64,000 nucleotides of DNA from contig OY730476.1 of NCBI GenBank assembly GCA_963422735.1, forward strand, positions 3,360,001-3,424,000, given 5' to 3'. Shown piece by piece: positions 39,921 through 50,170 of the stretch (within the stretch, counting starts at the first letter, position 1; every line of letters starts with the position of its first letter). The DNA comes from Candidatus Latescibacterota bacterium. GTDB lineage: Bacteria > Latescibacterota > UBA2968 > UBA8231. The position numbers and the translations under genes were made by a program. The notes under the pieces were generated by a model. That model did not search any database. It was not told the DNA's origin and saw only the letters and a program-made list of their open reading frames with translations.

Positions 39921-40670
39921 ATGAACGTTCAAACGCTGCTAACGGTTCGGGCCGCCCGCTACCGGGCGGTCCAAGACCGAGCGGGCGTCTGTTTGCGCTG
40001 CCTAGACCCGGATGCGGCCGCAGTCGACACGGCGACTACGGTCGAGACCGGCACCGACGGTGCGCTAACGGTCCGCGTACAAGGGCCCTTAGACGACTGG
40101 TGGGGCTTTGATGTGCGCAAGTTGATACGTCAGTTGGATGAGGCTGGCCCTACGTCCATCCATCTGCTGATCGAATCGCCCGGCGGCTTCCTAGCGGACG
40201 GACTGGCACTCTACACCGATCTGCGCGGCCGCGCTCGTGACGACGTTACGGTGACCGCCGAGGCGCGCGGCGTGGTAGCGTCGGCCGCGGTGTTGCCGTT
40301 TCTGGCCGCCGACGAGCGTACGATGGCGACCGGCACGATGCTGATGGTGCATGAGCCTTGGTCGTACTTGGGCCTGTTGGGTTCCGCCGACAAAATCGAA
40401 ACCGACGTAGCAAGGGCCCTCCAGGGCCTGCGCGCCAGCGAACAATCCTTGCGCGACGTACTGACCCAGCGCACGGACCAGCCGCGTCCGAAGGTCAGCG
40501 GCTGGCTCAAGTCTGAGACGTGGTTCTCGCCCGAGGAGGCTATCGCGGCCGGCTTAGCCACCGCGGCTATCGAGGAAGAAGTAGAACTAGAAAAAGACCA
40601 GCAGGCTCGCGCCCTGGCGCGTCGCGTCATGGCGTCGTTTCGCCTTCAGTTACAAACGGAGACCCTCTGA
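39921..40670 (+). CDS. ClpP-type prohead protease
   Basis: IESPGG, VASAA, LMVHEPW, ETWFSPEEAIAAGLA. Confidence 0.88.
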   Translation: MNVQTLLTVRAARYRAVQDRAGVCLRCLDPDAAAVDTATTVETGTDGALTVRVQGPLDDWWGFDVRKLIRQLDEAGPTSIHLLIESPGGFLADGLALYTDLRGRARDDVTVTAEARGVVASAAVLPFLAADERTMATGTMLMVHEPWSYLGLLGSADKIETDVARALQGLRASEQSLRDVLTQRTDQPRPKVSGWLKSETWFSPEEAIAAGLATAAIEEEVELEKDQQARALARRVMASFRLQLQTETL

Positions 40671-42049
40671 TGTCCGAGCAAAAGATCAACCCCGTCACCG
40701 CCGTCAACCCGACCGTAGTACAGGCCACCTTCGATAAATGGCGCGGCAAGCCCGCCGACGCGGTTGAGGCCCGCCGGGCGGAAGTCGAGCGCGACTTAGA
40801 AAAAGCCTTTGCACAGGCCGGCCCCAACCTCGACTTGGAGAAGATCGACAGCCTCGGCGGCGGCACGTTGCACGACAAGTGCGGCAAGCTGATTGATCTT
40901 CACTCTGAACTTTCCGGGCTGGAGGACGCGCTGAAAGAGCGCAACGAACTGGACCAAGTAGCCCGCGACATCCGCGCCAGCAACCGCGGCGGTGGCGACC
41001 CCGGGTCGCCACAAGTCCAACCCGTGCCCCTTGCACGCCCGGCGTCGCTTGCGGACTTGGTGCGTCGCGATTTCCGCGACCAAGGACTTGGGCTGGGCTC
41101 GCCCGAGTTCGCGGCCGCCGCTGACCGGCGAAGTCTGATCAATACCCTGTCGGTACACGACGACGCGATCCTGAACACGCTGTTTACCACCGACGCGGGC
41201 TGGCCGCCCGCATCGGTGCGCGATCGGGGCTATGTGCCCTCGCGCCGGCACCCCATCCAAGTGATCGACATCCTCCCGCGCAGTTCAACGACCCAAGAGC
41301 TGATCAAATACATGGAGGAGACCACCTATACCAACAGCGCCGCGGCGGTAGCGGAAGGGGCCGCCGCGCCCGAGTCGACGCTAGCACTGACCGAAAAAGA
41401 GGTCGCGGTGCGCAAGTTGGCCACCCACATCCCCGTAACGCGCGAAGAGCTCGAAGACGAGCCCCAGGTTGAGTCGTACCTCAACGAGACGGTGCCCTTC
41501 ATGGTGCGGCAAGCCGCGGACAAGATGGTGTTGGATGGCAACGGCACGGCCCCCAACGTCAAGGGCATACTGAACGTAACTGGCCTCCAGGAACAGAAAT
41601 GGACGCACAAGAGTAGCTCAAAAGTATTAGATAAGCCGCTGAACACGCTCCGCAAGGCCAAGACCAAAATTCGCGTCGGCGGGCGGGCGATGGCGACCCA
41701 TTTCATCCTCAATCCCAACCTCTGGGACGACATCGTGCTGTCGGAGTCCAGTGCGGGTGGCTACTACTACGGCTCGCCGCAGACGGATTTCGTCGAGCGG
41801 GTGTGGGGCCTGCCGGTGGTGCTGTCGGATCATCTGAGCGATGCCACCGACGAGGACAAAGTGGGCGGCCTCGTCGGCGACTTCAGCCCGATGTGGATAC
41901 AGATGAGGATGCGCCGGGAGTTGGAAACGGAGTGGGGCTACATCAACGACGATTTTGTTAAGGAAATCCGCCGTATCAAGGCCAGCATTCGCTTCGCGTT
42001 GGTGGTCAAAAGGCCCCAAGCATTTGCCAAGATCACCCGGCCGTCGTAA
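40670..42049 (+). CDS. Major capsid protein (HK97 fold)
   Basis: VAEGAAAPES, KLATHIPVTREELED, LDGNGT...GIL, WGLPVV, GDFS, RPQAF. Confidence 0.9.
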   Translation: MSEQKINPVTAVNPTVVQATFDKWRGKPADAVEARRAEVERDLEKAFAQAGPNLDLEKIDSLGGGTLHDKCGKLIDLHSELSGLEDALKERNELDQVARDIRASNRGGGDPGSPQVQPVPLARPASLADLVRRDFRDQGLGLGSPEFAAAADRRSLINTLSVHDDAILNTLFTTDAGWPPASVRDRGYVPSRRHPIQVIDILPRSSTTQELIKYMEETTYTNSAAAVAEGAAAPESTLALTEKEVAVRKLATHIPVTREELEDEPQVESYLNETVPFMVRQAADKMVLDGNGTAPNVKGILNVTGLQEQKWTHKSSSKVLDKPLNTLRKAKTKIRVGGRAMATHFILNPNLWDDIVLSESSAGGYYYGSPQTDFVERVWGLPVVLSDHLSDATDEDKVGGLVGDFSPMWIQMRMRRELETEWGYINDDFVKEIRRIKASIRFALVVKRPQAFAKITRPS

Positions 42050-42061
42050 GAGAGGAATCGC

Positions 42062-42643
42062 ATGGCGAAGATGGCCACGGACCTCGTCTCCATTGATCGG
42101 CTCAAGCAGGAGCTGCGCCTAGGCGGGGCCACTGCAGAAAGCCGGGCGGCCTTCCAAGAGCACGACGCGCTTTTAGCAGCCCAGATTGACGCGGCGGTGT
42201 CCTTTGTCGCCCGCGAGATCGACGCACCGTTGGTGGAGACGACCCAGACACTCTATGTGCAACCGGCCACCGGGCAGCACCCGCTCGTCTTCGACGTACG
42301 CGCCCTCAAGCGCGTCTCGCGTTTCCAATACTGGTCGCTATCGGGTGCGTTGCGCCAAGCCCCCGACGGCTCCATTCGAGTTCAGGACTTAGGCCGGCTG
42401 GTGTTGGCCGGGTTTCGGGGCGGCTCGCACGGGCTCTACCCGCCCGCCACCGGCTGGCCGGCCGTGCGAGCCGGCTCGCTTTTTCGCTTGGAGGTCGCAC
42501 GCGGCTTGGAGATGACCGAACAGACGATGGCCCTCCGACAGGCCATCGTCTTGTGTGTGCGGCAACTGTACGACGGCTACGGGGAGATACGCCCCACGGC
42601 GGCGTTTTACGCACTCATTCAACCCTGGCGGGTGTATGGCTAG
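42062..42643 (+). CDS. Head-tail connector protein (gp6-like)
   Basis: VSIDRLKQELRL...HDALL...LRQAIVL.V..LYD...LIQPWR; follows capsid gene. Confidence 0.7.
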   Translation: MAKMATDLVSIDRLKQELRLGGATAESRAAFQEHDALLAAQIDAAVSFVAREIDAPLVETTQTLYVQPATGQHPLVFDVRALKRVSRFQYWSLSGALRQAPDGSIRVQDLGRLVLAGFRGGSHGLYPPATGWPAVRAGSLFRLEVARGLEMTEQTMALRQAIVLCVRQLYDGYGEIRPTAAFYALIQPWRVYG

Positions 42644-42675
42644 GGGAGGGTGCTCTGCACCCTAGGAGATTTCTT

Positions 42676-43209
42676 ATGAATTTTGAGAAGGCTTTCGAGC
42701 GCACCATGCAGTTAGAGGGTGGCTATGTCCTCCACGAGGTGGCAGGCGATAGCGGCGGCCAAACGTATGCCGGCATCGCCCGCAACGCTTGGCCGGACTT
42801 GCCGCTGTGGCAGCAGACCGAGCGGTTGACGAAGGCACCCGACGAGGACATCGTCGCCTTCGTCCAGACGTTCTATCGACAGCAATTCTGGACAAAGATG
42901 CGGCTGGACGAAGTCGAGGCCGAATGCGCTTTTTGCATCTACGATTTTGGCGTCAATTCGGGCACCCGGCAGGCGATACGGACCGCCCAGCGCGTAGCCC
43001 TACCCGATCAACCCACCGAGCACGACGGGCTGGTGGGACCGAAGACGATCGCGGCGATCAATCAGATGGCTCCGGCCGCCTTTATCGCAAAATACCTATT
43101 GAGTCGTGCGCAGTTTTTTGCGGCGATCACGGTGAAGCGACCGGGGAACCTGAAATTCCTCAACGGCTGGCTCAACCGCATACAAACCTGCATGAACTAT
43201 GCGGCGTGA
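42676..43209 (+). CDS. Endolysin, glycosyl hydrolase family 108 with peptidoglycan-binding C-terminus
   Basis: EGGY...DSGGQTYAGI, YDFGVNSG, DGLVGPKT, FLNGWLNR. Confidence 0.9.
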   Translation: MNFEKAFERTMQLEGGYVLHEVAGDSGGQTYAGIARNAWPDLPLWQQTERLTKAPDEDIVAFVQTFYRQQFWTKMRLDEVEAECAFCIYDFGVNSGTRQAIRTAQRVALPDQPTEHDGLVGPKTIAAINQMAPAAFIAKYLLSRAQFFAAITVKRPGNLKFLNGWLNRIQTCMNYAA

Positions 43210-43562
43210 TGGACCAGCTCCACATTGGTATCCTCTTCGTCGCCGGCCAAGTGCTGTCGATCTTGTCGGCGACCTACTCGCAAGACGCGAAAACAGATCG
43301 GCGGATTACTCCACTGGAGGTGATGTGGTACGGCCCGGAAAAATGGCGCTTTCTGGCCACGGTGTGTTTTCTTGGGGCCATTGCCCTGTTTGCGCCCGCC
43401 GACTGGTATCAACTGTTGCTAGATGTCTCGTACCAAGGGCTGCCCGTCGGGCAGTTCGGCCTGATCGGGTTTAGCTATGTGGCCGATGACGTGTTGTTCA
43501 AGCTCGACCGCATTTGGCGGCGGCATCTCGGGCCGTGGATGAAAAATGGCGCACGCCCCTGA
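43209..43562 (+). CDS. Putative holin (small multi-TM protein)
   Basis: 117 aa with 2-3 hydrophobic segments and basic C-terminus; overlaps endolysin stop. Confidence 0.55.
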   Translation: MDQLHIGILFVAGQVLSILSATYSQDAKTDRRITPLEVMWYGPEKWRFLATVCFLGAIALFAPADWYQLLLDVSYQGLPVGQFGLIGFSYVADDVLFKLDRIWRRHLGPWMKNGARP

Positions 43563-43947
43563 GGGGACGTGCAAAAGCGGAGGACAGACCGTGGAAGGCA
43601 ATCGCCCGATCGTGCTGCGGCGACCCGTGTCGCCCGCCTATGATAAGGCGGGGCGGCTGGTGGCCCAAGCCCCAGCGGAGGCTACGGCCTACGCTCGGGT
43701 GTACGATCGCGGCGGCCACGAATTCTACCGCAACCACGCCGTCGGGGCCGAATGGGACCGTCGGTTCGTCCTACGGCGCGACGGCCTAGAGGCCCTCAGC
43801 AACGACTGGCATCTCGTGTACGAGGGGCAGGTCTATGACATTGTTTCCGTCGCGGCGATAGACCGCGATCGCCGCTGGCAGATTGATGCGGTGTATTCGA
43901 CGCTCGAGCACTCCGCCGAAGGCGGTAAAAAAACGATTGAACCGTGA
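43546..43947 (+). CDS. Head closure / head-tail adaptor
   Basis: GGHEFY...WHLVYEGQVYDIVSV...W. Confidence 0.7.
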   Translation: MAHAPEGTCKSGGQTVEGNRPIVLRRPVSPAYDKAGRLVAQAPAEATAYARVYDRGGHEFYRNHAVGAEWDRRFVLRRDGLEALSNDWHLVYEGQVYDIVSVAAIDRDRRWQIDAVYSTLEHSAEGGKKTIEP

Positions 43948-44342
43948 GTAATCGGGAGGCCATCAATGAACTACTGCGTTGTTGCGCCGAGGGGTTGGGC
44001 AACGGCAACGGATTCGATTTGGTGGTAGAGCGCGGCACGGAAACCACTTCGTTGCCGTATGGCATCTTCTGGCATGTGGCTACGTCCGAATATGAGATGT
44101 GGAGCGGGACTATTCCGCTGGAGCATACGTTTGCAGTGACAATTTACGACAAGGACCAAAAGCAGATGCGGACCAGGGACGACCTCTTGCAACAGGCGCT
44201 GGTTACAAGCCCGGCCTTTGTCCGATCGGTCTTTGTCCGCGAGGAAGTCGATGTGGACCCCGAAGGGCCCATCAAAAACGTCCATATACTGGAGCGCCAC
44301 TACGTATTCAAAGCCCGTGGGGAGGTGTGCGTTGACGCCTGA
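43944..44342 (+). CDS. Putative tail terminator / completion protein
   Basis: Size, position, LPYGIF...FAVTIYDK. Confidence 0.5.
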   Translation: MSNREAINELLRCCAEGLGNGNGFDLVVERGTETTSLPYGIFWHVATSEYEMWSGTIPLEHTFAVTIYDKDQKQMRTRDDLLQQALVTSPAFVRSVFVREEVDVDPEGPIKNVHILERHYVFKARGEVCVDA

Positions 44343-44814
44343 TATCGAGTCGTTGGGGCTCCTACAAGCCCAAGAGATCATGGAGAGCCTGCCGGCGGAC
44401 CTGGTGGAAAAGGCCTATGCGCGGCCGGCCGTAGCCGTCGAACGCGAAATCGCCAAACGGCTGCGGCGCTCTACCGCCTATCGGGATAAGTCGGGCACCT
44501 TGCGCAAAAACTGGAGGGCGCGACAGACGCCCAAGCGCTACCGGGGGGTACGGGGTGAAGCCAACCAGGTGCAGCTAGCTCAACTACAAGCGGCTCCGCA
44601 TGTCCACTTGTTGGAACGGGGCACGGCCCCGCGGCGCACAAAGCGCGGGCGGCATACAGGTCGGGTCGTCCCGCGCAGGTTTATCGAGCGGGCACTCAAG
44701 CAGATCGCCCCGCGTACGGTGCCGATCTATACGTCGTACTTAAACGGCCCGCAAGGGCTTAGCAAAGTGGTTCGTGAGGCCGCAAAACGTCGACCGCGCC
44801 GCGATCGACTATAA
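44332..44814 (+). CDS. HK97 gp10-like neck protein
   Basis: SGTLRKNW, APHVHLLERGT, RRFIERA. Confidence 0.7.
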   Translation: MTPDIESLGLLQAQEIMESLPADLVEKAYARPAVAVEREIAKRLRRSTAYRDKSGTLRKNWRARQTPKRYRGVRGEANQVQLAQLQAAPHVHLLERGTAPRRTKRGRHTGRVVPRRFIERALKQIAPRTVPIYTSYLNGPQGLSKVVREAAKRRPRRDRL

Positions 44815-44828
44815 CTAGGAGAAATGCT

Positions 44829-45500
44829 ATGGCTATTAAAAATGTCGCCGGGTTGACCTTTCGCGACGCTAGGCTGGAGATAGGTCTCAATGGGTCAAAA
44901 ACAGACTTCAAGGAGCTGGGCGGCATCAGTGGCTTCCAGTATTCAGGATCCGAGGCGGGGGTGCAAACCTTTCGTCACTGGAACGGGAAGATTGAACATT
45001 TAGACGACCCAGAGATCGGGGATGTGGTACTAACGGCTCCGTGGCTGGCGCATATGCCGATCTGGAAGGACCTGTATGCCGCACGAGCAGACCGCACACT
45101 CCGCACAGTCCAACTCACCACAAAAAAGGAGACGCTGTTTACGGCAGGGCAGAGTCTGAGTCTGAGCATTTCCTCGACGGGAGTAGTCACGTTAAAAGAT
45201 AGCGGCCCGTCCCTCGAGCAGATGCCATATGGGTCTGTCCTCAAGGTAGTCAAGGACAGCGGCTTTGAGTATTTGCCGGTTATCGGAGTTAAAGAGGCGA
45301 AGCCTGTCGTACATCTAGGTGAAGCATCGTCCGGCTCGAGGACGGTCTCTTCGGTGGAGGTGCCTGCCGTCCGAATAGGCCCCTTCGAGGCGAGGTGCCG
45401 GACGATCAGCGGCCCGACCGAAACGGATGGAATGCTGATCGCTGAAATCACGCTACGGCCCATTAAGGCACTGGGTGCCCCGACGATGGTGAGTGCTTGA
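44829..45500 (+). CDS. Putative major tail (tube) protein
   Basis: AGGAG RBS; beta-rich; lies before chaperone and tape measure genes. Confidence 0.6.
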   Translation: MAIKNVAGLTFRDARLEIGLNGSKTDFKELGGISGFQYSGSEAGVQTFRHWNGKIEHLDDPEIGDVVLTAPWLAHMPIWKDLYAARADRTLRTVQLTTKKETLFTAGQSLSLSISSTGVVTLKDSGPSLEQMPYGSVLKVVKDSGFEYLPVIGVKEAKPVVHLGEASSGSRTVSSVEVPAVRIGPFEARCRTISGPTETDGMLIAEITLRPIKALGAPTMVSA

Positions 45501-45515
45501 TAAAAGGAGGTCCGT

Positions 45516-45977
45516 ATGCCGGCCAGAGATTTATTGGGGCGTCCGGTGGCACCTTTTGTGTCGGACGACCCGCCCTGTACCATCCCGTTGCAAGTGCCCA
45601 AGTTCGGCACTATAGCCCCCACGCTGAAACGCTTGGCGAGCCATTCGCAAAAAGCCATGGTGCTCTTGCGGGGCCGCGATGTCGAGCTCGAAGAACTCGA
45701 AGATATTCACGTTGAGCTGGTCCGCTGTTGCTTGACCGAGGGGATGGATACCGACGAGACGTTTGAGATGCTCGTGGCACTGGGCGTCAACCTAAGCGAC
45801 AGTGTGCATCCGCTGCTGAAGCGATGCTACGCGCTGTGTGGCCTCAAATCGAGCGAGCTGTCCGAGGAGGAACTCCAAGAGATGGCCGCTAAAATGCAAG
45901 GCAAGCTGCTCGACCAAGAAATCACCGATCAGGCCTTCCTCGACCCTACCTCTGGGCGTGCCGCGAATACGGGGTAA
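45516..45977 (+). CDS. Tail assembly chaperone (G-like)
   Basis: AAGGAGG RBS; lies between tube and tape measure genes. Confidence 0.6.
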   Translation: MPARDLLGRPVAPFVSDDPPCTIPLQVPKFGTIAPTLKRLASHSQKAMVLLRGRDVELEELEDIHVELVRCCLTEGMDTDETFEMLVALGVNLSDSVHPLLKRCYALCGLKSSELSEEELQEMAAKMQGKLLDQEITDQAFLDPTSGRAANTG

Positions 45978-46234
45978 CGCTCTCGGCCCTGTACGAGTTG
46001 TCGGCTGTTGAGGTCGCCTGTTATGTAGAGCATCTGATATCCTATCCTCCTATGGCCAAGAAGATGCCGGAGTTGGTGGCGTTCCACGCGCTCAATTACA
46101 TACAGGCCAATTCTAAAAAAGAGGCCCGACTGCCGAGCATGAGCGATCTACTCGAATGGTATGAGGCGGAAGCGGCGGTGGAAACCGATGTGGTGATCAA
46201 CGCCCGCTTGGCGGCCATGGCCCAGGAAGGCTGA
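45944..46234 (+). CDS. Tail assembly chaperone T-like extension (-1 frame)
   Basis: Frame overlaps 3' end of the G gene (PYLWACREYGVTLSALYELSAVEV...) and ends just before the tape measure start. Confidence 0.55.
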   Translation, partial: PYLWACREYGVTLSALYELSAVEVACYVEHLISYPPMAKKMPELVAFHALNYIQANSKKEARLPSMSDLLEWYEAEAAVETDVVINARLAAMAQEG

Positions 46235-46235
46235 C

Positions 46236-49031
46236 GTGGTGGCCCGTCCGTCCATCGTAACCGATTTCAAAGCCCAAAACGCCCAGTTTCTGCAAGCAGC
46301 CCGGCAGAACACGCAAGCGTTGGAGCGGCTGCGTAAACAGATGCGCCGCACCCAACAGCAAGGGCGCACGATGGGCGAGACCCTCCAGCAAGGGCTGACG
46401 TCCTTGGTCGCCGTCACGTTCGCGGCCACCGCCGGCTTTGCCGCGTTAATCCAGAAAACGACGCAATCGGCCAACGACATACTAACGCTGTCGCGGGCCA
46501 CCTCCATGACGGTGGAGGGTATCCAAGACATGGTGGCCGCTTTCGCCACCGTGGGCATAGCGGCCGAGGATGCGCACGACTTCATTCAGACCTTCACCGA
46601 AAGCATCGGCGAGGCCCAACAAGAGCTAGACCGCAAAGGGGTCAGTACGCGCGAACAGGCCCTGTTCGACTTAGGGTTCTCCGAAGAAGACATTCGTACA
46701 TCTCAAGACAACCTCGACGCCTTTATCGACGACGCCATCCGTAGGCTCCAAGAGCTGCCGGAAACAAAGGCCCAGTTTGTCTTGGGCGAACTGGGCTTGC
46801 CCGACCAAGCGCGCCGCTCGCTCGCGCTTCAACTAGACGACGGCCAGACGGTACGAGAACGGGGCCGCAGCCTCGTAGGCGAGGATTTTTCCAAAGAAGA
46901 GCTCGCTCGCCTAGACACGCTGTTTGGCGAGTTGACCGTTTCTGCCGAGCGCTTAGATCGGGCTCTGAAACGGTTCGTCCTCAACAACGAAGACCGGATA
47001 CGGCGCATGATCTCCACCTACGAGCGCGTCGCGCCGAAGCTGATAGACGCCTTCGCTTCGTTGGCCGACGCCGCGCTGAACACCACAGAGAAGCTGTTGG
47101 ATTTTTTGAATGCGCTCGGCACGAAGAAAGATGAAAAGGGACAAAGCCAATTGACCGGCGAAGATGTCGTGGGCCTGTTGTCCCTTGCGGTAAGCGGCCG
47201 AATGGCGGGCAAGCTCGTGCGATCGGGCCGAGAGGCGGCAGGCAAGCTCGTGCGATCGGGTGCCGGTCAGCGCACAAGAGAGGCAGAAAAGAAGCTGTCT
47301 GATAGGCTCCCGAAGCATGCTCAACAGTTCTCCCGGCTAGTGCATTCCTTTTTCAGGCCGCTGGCCACGGCTGGGAAAAAGCTCTTAGGCCCTCTTTCTA
47401 GGATCGTTGCGCCTCTTCTAAGAATCGTTGCGCCTTTTACTTTGCTGACCCCGGTGATCAAAGCACTAGGAGGGGCCCTCCTTGCCTTGCTAGGAGGGCT
47501 AGTAGGGATAAAAGCGGCGATTGTCGCGGTGGGGACGATAGGTATAGCGGCGGTGGCAGATGAACTTTTCTTCGATGGTGCCGCCCGGAAGTATCTGAGG
47601 CGAAAAATCGCCGGTTTTTGGAACGACCTGTTCGGGGAGGCGGCCGAGGAAGAAAAGAAGCCAACAAAGAAGCCAACAAAGAAGAAAGAACTTCCGCCGT
47701 GGGAAGGTGCACCCGAACCGCGCGACTACACGCTCGACCCGCCGCGGAAGCGCGATCCATTCCGTCAGTTCCTCATTGACCAGCAGAGGGACCTCTACGC
47801 GGAGATCAAGCAGTTGGAGCGATTCGCCGAGGCCGCACAAAAAGCGGCTGAAGGCGACGAGCAGGCTCTCAAGTTTTTTAAGTCCCAACAAGAGCGCAGC
47901 CTAATGACCTTGCAGGCGGCGACGCGCCAAGCGAGCCGCGACATCGAATTCGAGCAATTGTCCGAAGTGGTAAAGGAGCGGAATGACCAGATCATAAAAG
48001 ACCTAGAGAAACAGATCGTCGAAGCCGATCGACTTGCCGAGTTCGCCGACGACCCGACGCTCAAGAATCTGAAAAGGCGACTCGCCTTGGCGCAAAAGCA
48101 GGCGGCAACCGATCAGGTACTACAAGAGACGGAGTACTTGCAGGACAAGTCTTTTGTCGAGGTCCTGATTAAAAACCAAAAGGCGGACCTCGCCCTACAG
48201 CTAGCAAGGCAAAAGAGACTCAGCGAGCTGCAGGACGATCCCGAATATCTGAAGTTGGTCGATCAGATAGCCCAAGCAGCGTCGGAGAGCCAGCTATCGC
48301 AACTAGAAAACCAGCTCCGGGTGTTTAACAACGCCGACTCAGTGCGCAAGCGCAGGCTGACGGCCTTGGCACAATTGGATTTGCAAATAGCCCAAGCCGA
48401 GGACGCCTTGAAGCAGTTGCCCTCCACTCGTGAGCACCGGCGCAGCCTAGAACAGATACAAGCGGCACACCAGCTCGCGCTGACGCAGGAACAGATAGCC
48501 AACTTTGCCGCTGGAGCGGAAGGGCGCCATGCACAGCGGACGGCCCAAGTCCAACTCGATTTTTTGCAGCGGGCCGAACAGGCCCAATGGCAGCTAAATC
48601 ATCTGCATCTCGATTACTTTGATATCGCACGAAGTGGCTTGTTCGATCTAGTCACGGGGGCCAAGTCGCTGAAGCAGACGGCCCTATCGTTCATCGAGCG
48701 GCTCTATCAGAAAACGACCGAACGCTTCCTCGATGCGACCCTGAACCAACTCTTTGCGGCCCGTAGTGGTTCGCCTAAGCCGAATCCATGGCTGTACCAC
48801 CAGTCTTCGTCCCCCGGGCAGCTCCGAGTAGCGGCAAAGCCGGTCGTCGAAGCCGGAGCCGAGCCGCTCGCGGTCCATATTGATGCACGCGGCGGCGATG
48901 CCGCGTCCGTCCACCGGGCGATCGACCAAGCAATTCCGGCTATCGCCGCCGCCACCGAGCAGCTCCAACTCGAACGAATGAGCACCGATCCGCAGGCGAC
49001 GCGGCGTTGGAGGCAGGGTATGCAGGGTTGA
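46236..49031 (+). CDS. Tape measure protein
   Basis: 931 aa, helical Ala/Leu/Gln-rich with central hydrophobic block; position. Confidence 0.8.
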   Translation: MVARPSIVTDFKAQNAQFLQAARQNTQALERLRKQMRRTQQQGRTMGETLQQGLTSLVAVTFAATAGFAALIQKTTQSANDILTLSRATSMTVEGIQDMVAAFATVGIAAEDAHDFIQTFTESIGEAQQELDRKGVSTREQALFDLGFSEEDIRTSQDNLDAFIDDAIRRLQELPETKAQFVLGELGLPDQARRSLALQLDDGQTVRERGRSLVGEDFSKEELARLDTLFGELTVSAERLDRALKRFVLNNEDRIRRMISTYERVAPKLIDAFASLADAALNTTEKLLDFLNALGTKKDEKGQSQLTGEDVVGLLSLAVSGRMAGKLVRSGREAAGKLVRSGAGQRTREAEKKLSDRLPKHAQQFSRLVHSFFRPLATAGKKLLGPLSRIVAPLLRIVAPFTLLTPVIKALGGALLALLGGLVGIKAAIVAVGTIGIAAVADELFFDGAARKYLRRKIAGFWNDLFGEAAEEEKKPTKKPTKKKELPPWEGAPEPRDYTLDPPRKRDPFRQFLIDQQRDLYAEIKQLERFAEAAQKAAEGDEQALKFFKSQQERSLMTLQAATRQASRDIEFEQLSEVVKERNDQIIKDLEKQIVEADRLAEFADDPTLKNLKRRLALAQKQAATDQVLQETEYLQDKSFVEVLIKNQKADLALQLARQKRLSELQDDPEYLKLVDQIAQAASESQLSQLENQLRVFNNADSVRKRRLTALAQLDLQIAQAEDALKQLPSTREHRRSLEQIQAAHQLALTQEQIANFAAGAEGRHAQRTAQVQLDFLQRAEQAQWQLNHLHLDYFDIARSGLFDLVTGAKSLKQTALSFIERLYQKTTERFLDATLNQLFAARSGSPKPNPWLYHQSSSPGQLRVAAKPVVEAGAEPLAVHIDARGGDAASVHRAIDQAIPAIAAATEQLQLERMSTDPQATRRWRQGMQG

Positions 49032-49033
49032 TC

Positions 49034-49654
49034 ATGGGCGATACCGGCATCCTCTTTCCTGAGCCGACGTACCTGCGCTCCTTTTCCCCGCCGGTGCTGG
49101 CGCCCATCGAACAGGTCGTGCATCGGTCTAAGTGGACCGGTCGCACCTTCGTGTACACGTACGCCGCGGTGTGGTCGGGCAAGGTCTGGCTGCGCCGATT
49201 TAGCGTCCAGCAAGAAGCGGCCACCGACCGCTTCAATCCGGTCTTATTCAACATGCTCGTCGGCCAACAGAATACCTTTGACCTGCAATTGCCTCTGCCG
49301 ACCCTCCCCCTGCGCAGCAGGGGCACAGCGACCTATGCGCTGGATGCCGCCAGCCAAACGCTGCGGTGGACACCCCAGAATAAGAGGGACCTAAACGGTA
49401 CGTTGGTAGGCCAATTCTGCTCCATCGGCGGACGCGTATATCAGGTGTGGAAAACACAGGAGACCGCCGCCTATCTGATACCGGACACCATCCCTCCGGC
49501 GGACGCCGTACCCCAGTCGCTGAAGCCGTCGGCGTCCGCCGAGGCACGGCTGCGGGCGCACATAACCTCGCACACGATGGGCCAAAATGACTACAACGAA
49601 CTGGAGGGGCCCTTCACCTTTACTTGGGAGGAGGTGCTCCAGCCCCCGGAGTGA
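49034..49654 (+). CDS. Putative distal tail protein
   Basis: Directly after tape measure; ends FTFTWEEVL. Confidence 0.5.
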   Translation: MGDTGILFPEPTYLRSFSPPVLAPIEQVVHRSKWTGRTFVYTYAAVWSGKVWLRRFSVQQEAATDRFNPVLFNMLVGQQNTFDLQLPLPTLPLRSRGTATYALDAASQTLRWTPQNKRDLNGTLVGQFCSIGGRVYQVWKTQETAAYLIPDTIPPADAVPQSLKPSASAEARLRAHITSHTMGQNDYNELEGPFTFTWEEVLQPPE

Positions 49655-49659
49655 TTGCT

Positions 49660-50154
49660 ATGGCCAGAGAGTATATTCTGCTGGAGATTGATGCGCCCGA
49701 CGACCCGCTGCGCTACTGGTCTGGCGACGAGGATAGCGACTTGGCCGATGGGTTGCTATCTGAGGGGGAAGGCCCCTATACGGCTGTGGAGGTGCTCAAC
49801 GTCGAGCCCCTAGCAACCACGCGAAGCAATGCGATGCCGACACTGACGGTGCACCTGTGCTTGCAACCGACGGACGCCGGCTATGAAGTGCTCCGCACCG
49901 CCGAGCAGGCCCTCGACGGCTTGGTGCGCCTGACCGACGATCGGACGCTCCAAACCGAACACTGGCGCTTCTGGGGCCGCACCCGCCGGCGGAGCCTACA
50001 GGCGGGCTTGTTTACGTTGGAGCTGGTGCATGTTGCGGCGAGGTTTCTCGAAGATGACCCGAACCCGGCCGTATGGAATGCCGAGCGCGACAAGGGGTTT
50101 GAGTTCTTGCAAGCGACCGCTGAGCGCTTAGACGCGACGACGTGGCCAGACTAA
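49660..50154 (+). CDS. Putative minor tail/hub protein
   Basis: LRYWSGD...DKGFEF...W pattern; position. Confidence 0.5.
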   Translation: MAREYILLEIDAPDDPLRYWSGDEDSDLADGLLSEGEGPYTAVEVLNVEPLATTRSNAMPTLTVHLCLQPTDAGYEVLRTAEQALDGLVRLTDDRTLQTEHWRFWGRTRRRSLQAGLFTLELVHVAARFLEDDPNPAVWNAERDKGFEFLQATAERLDATTWPD

Positions 50155-50170
50155 CGAGCGAAGGGGCGAA

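Noticed and set aside
47200-47260. Short duplication AGKLVRSG x2 in the tape measure gene (also KKPT and RIVAP repeats)
   Set aside because: Ordinary slippage repeats in a tape measure protein.
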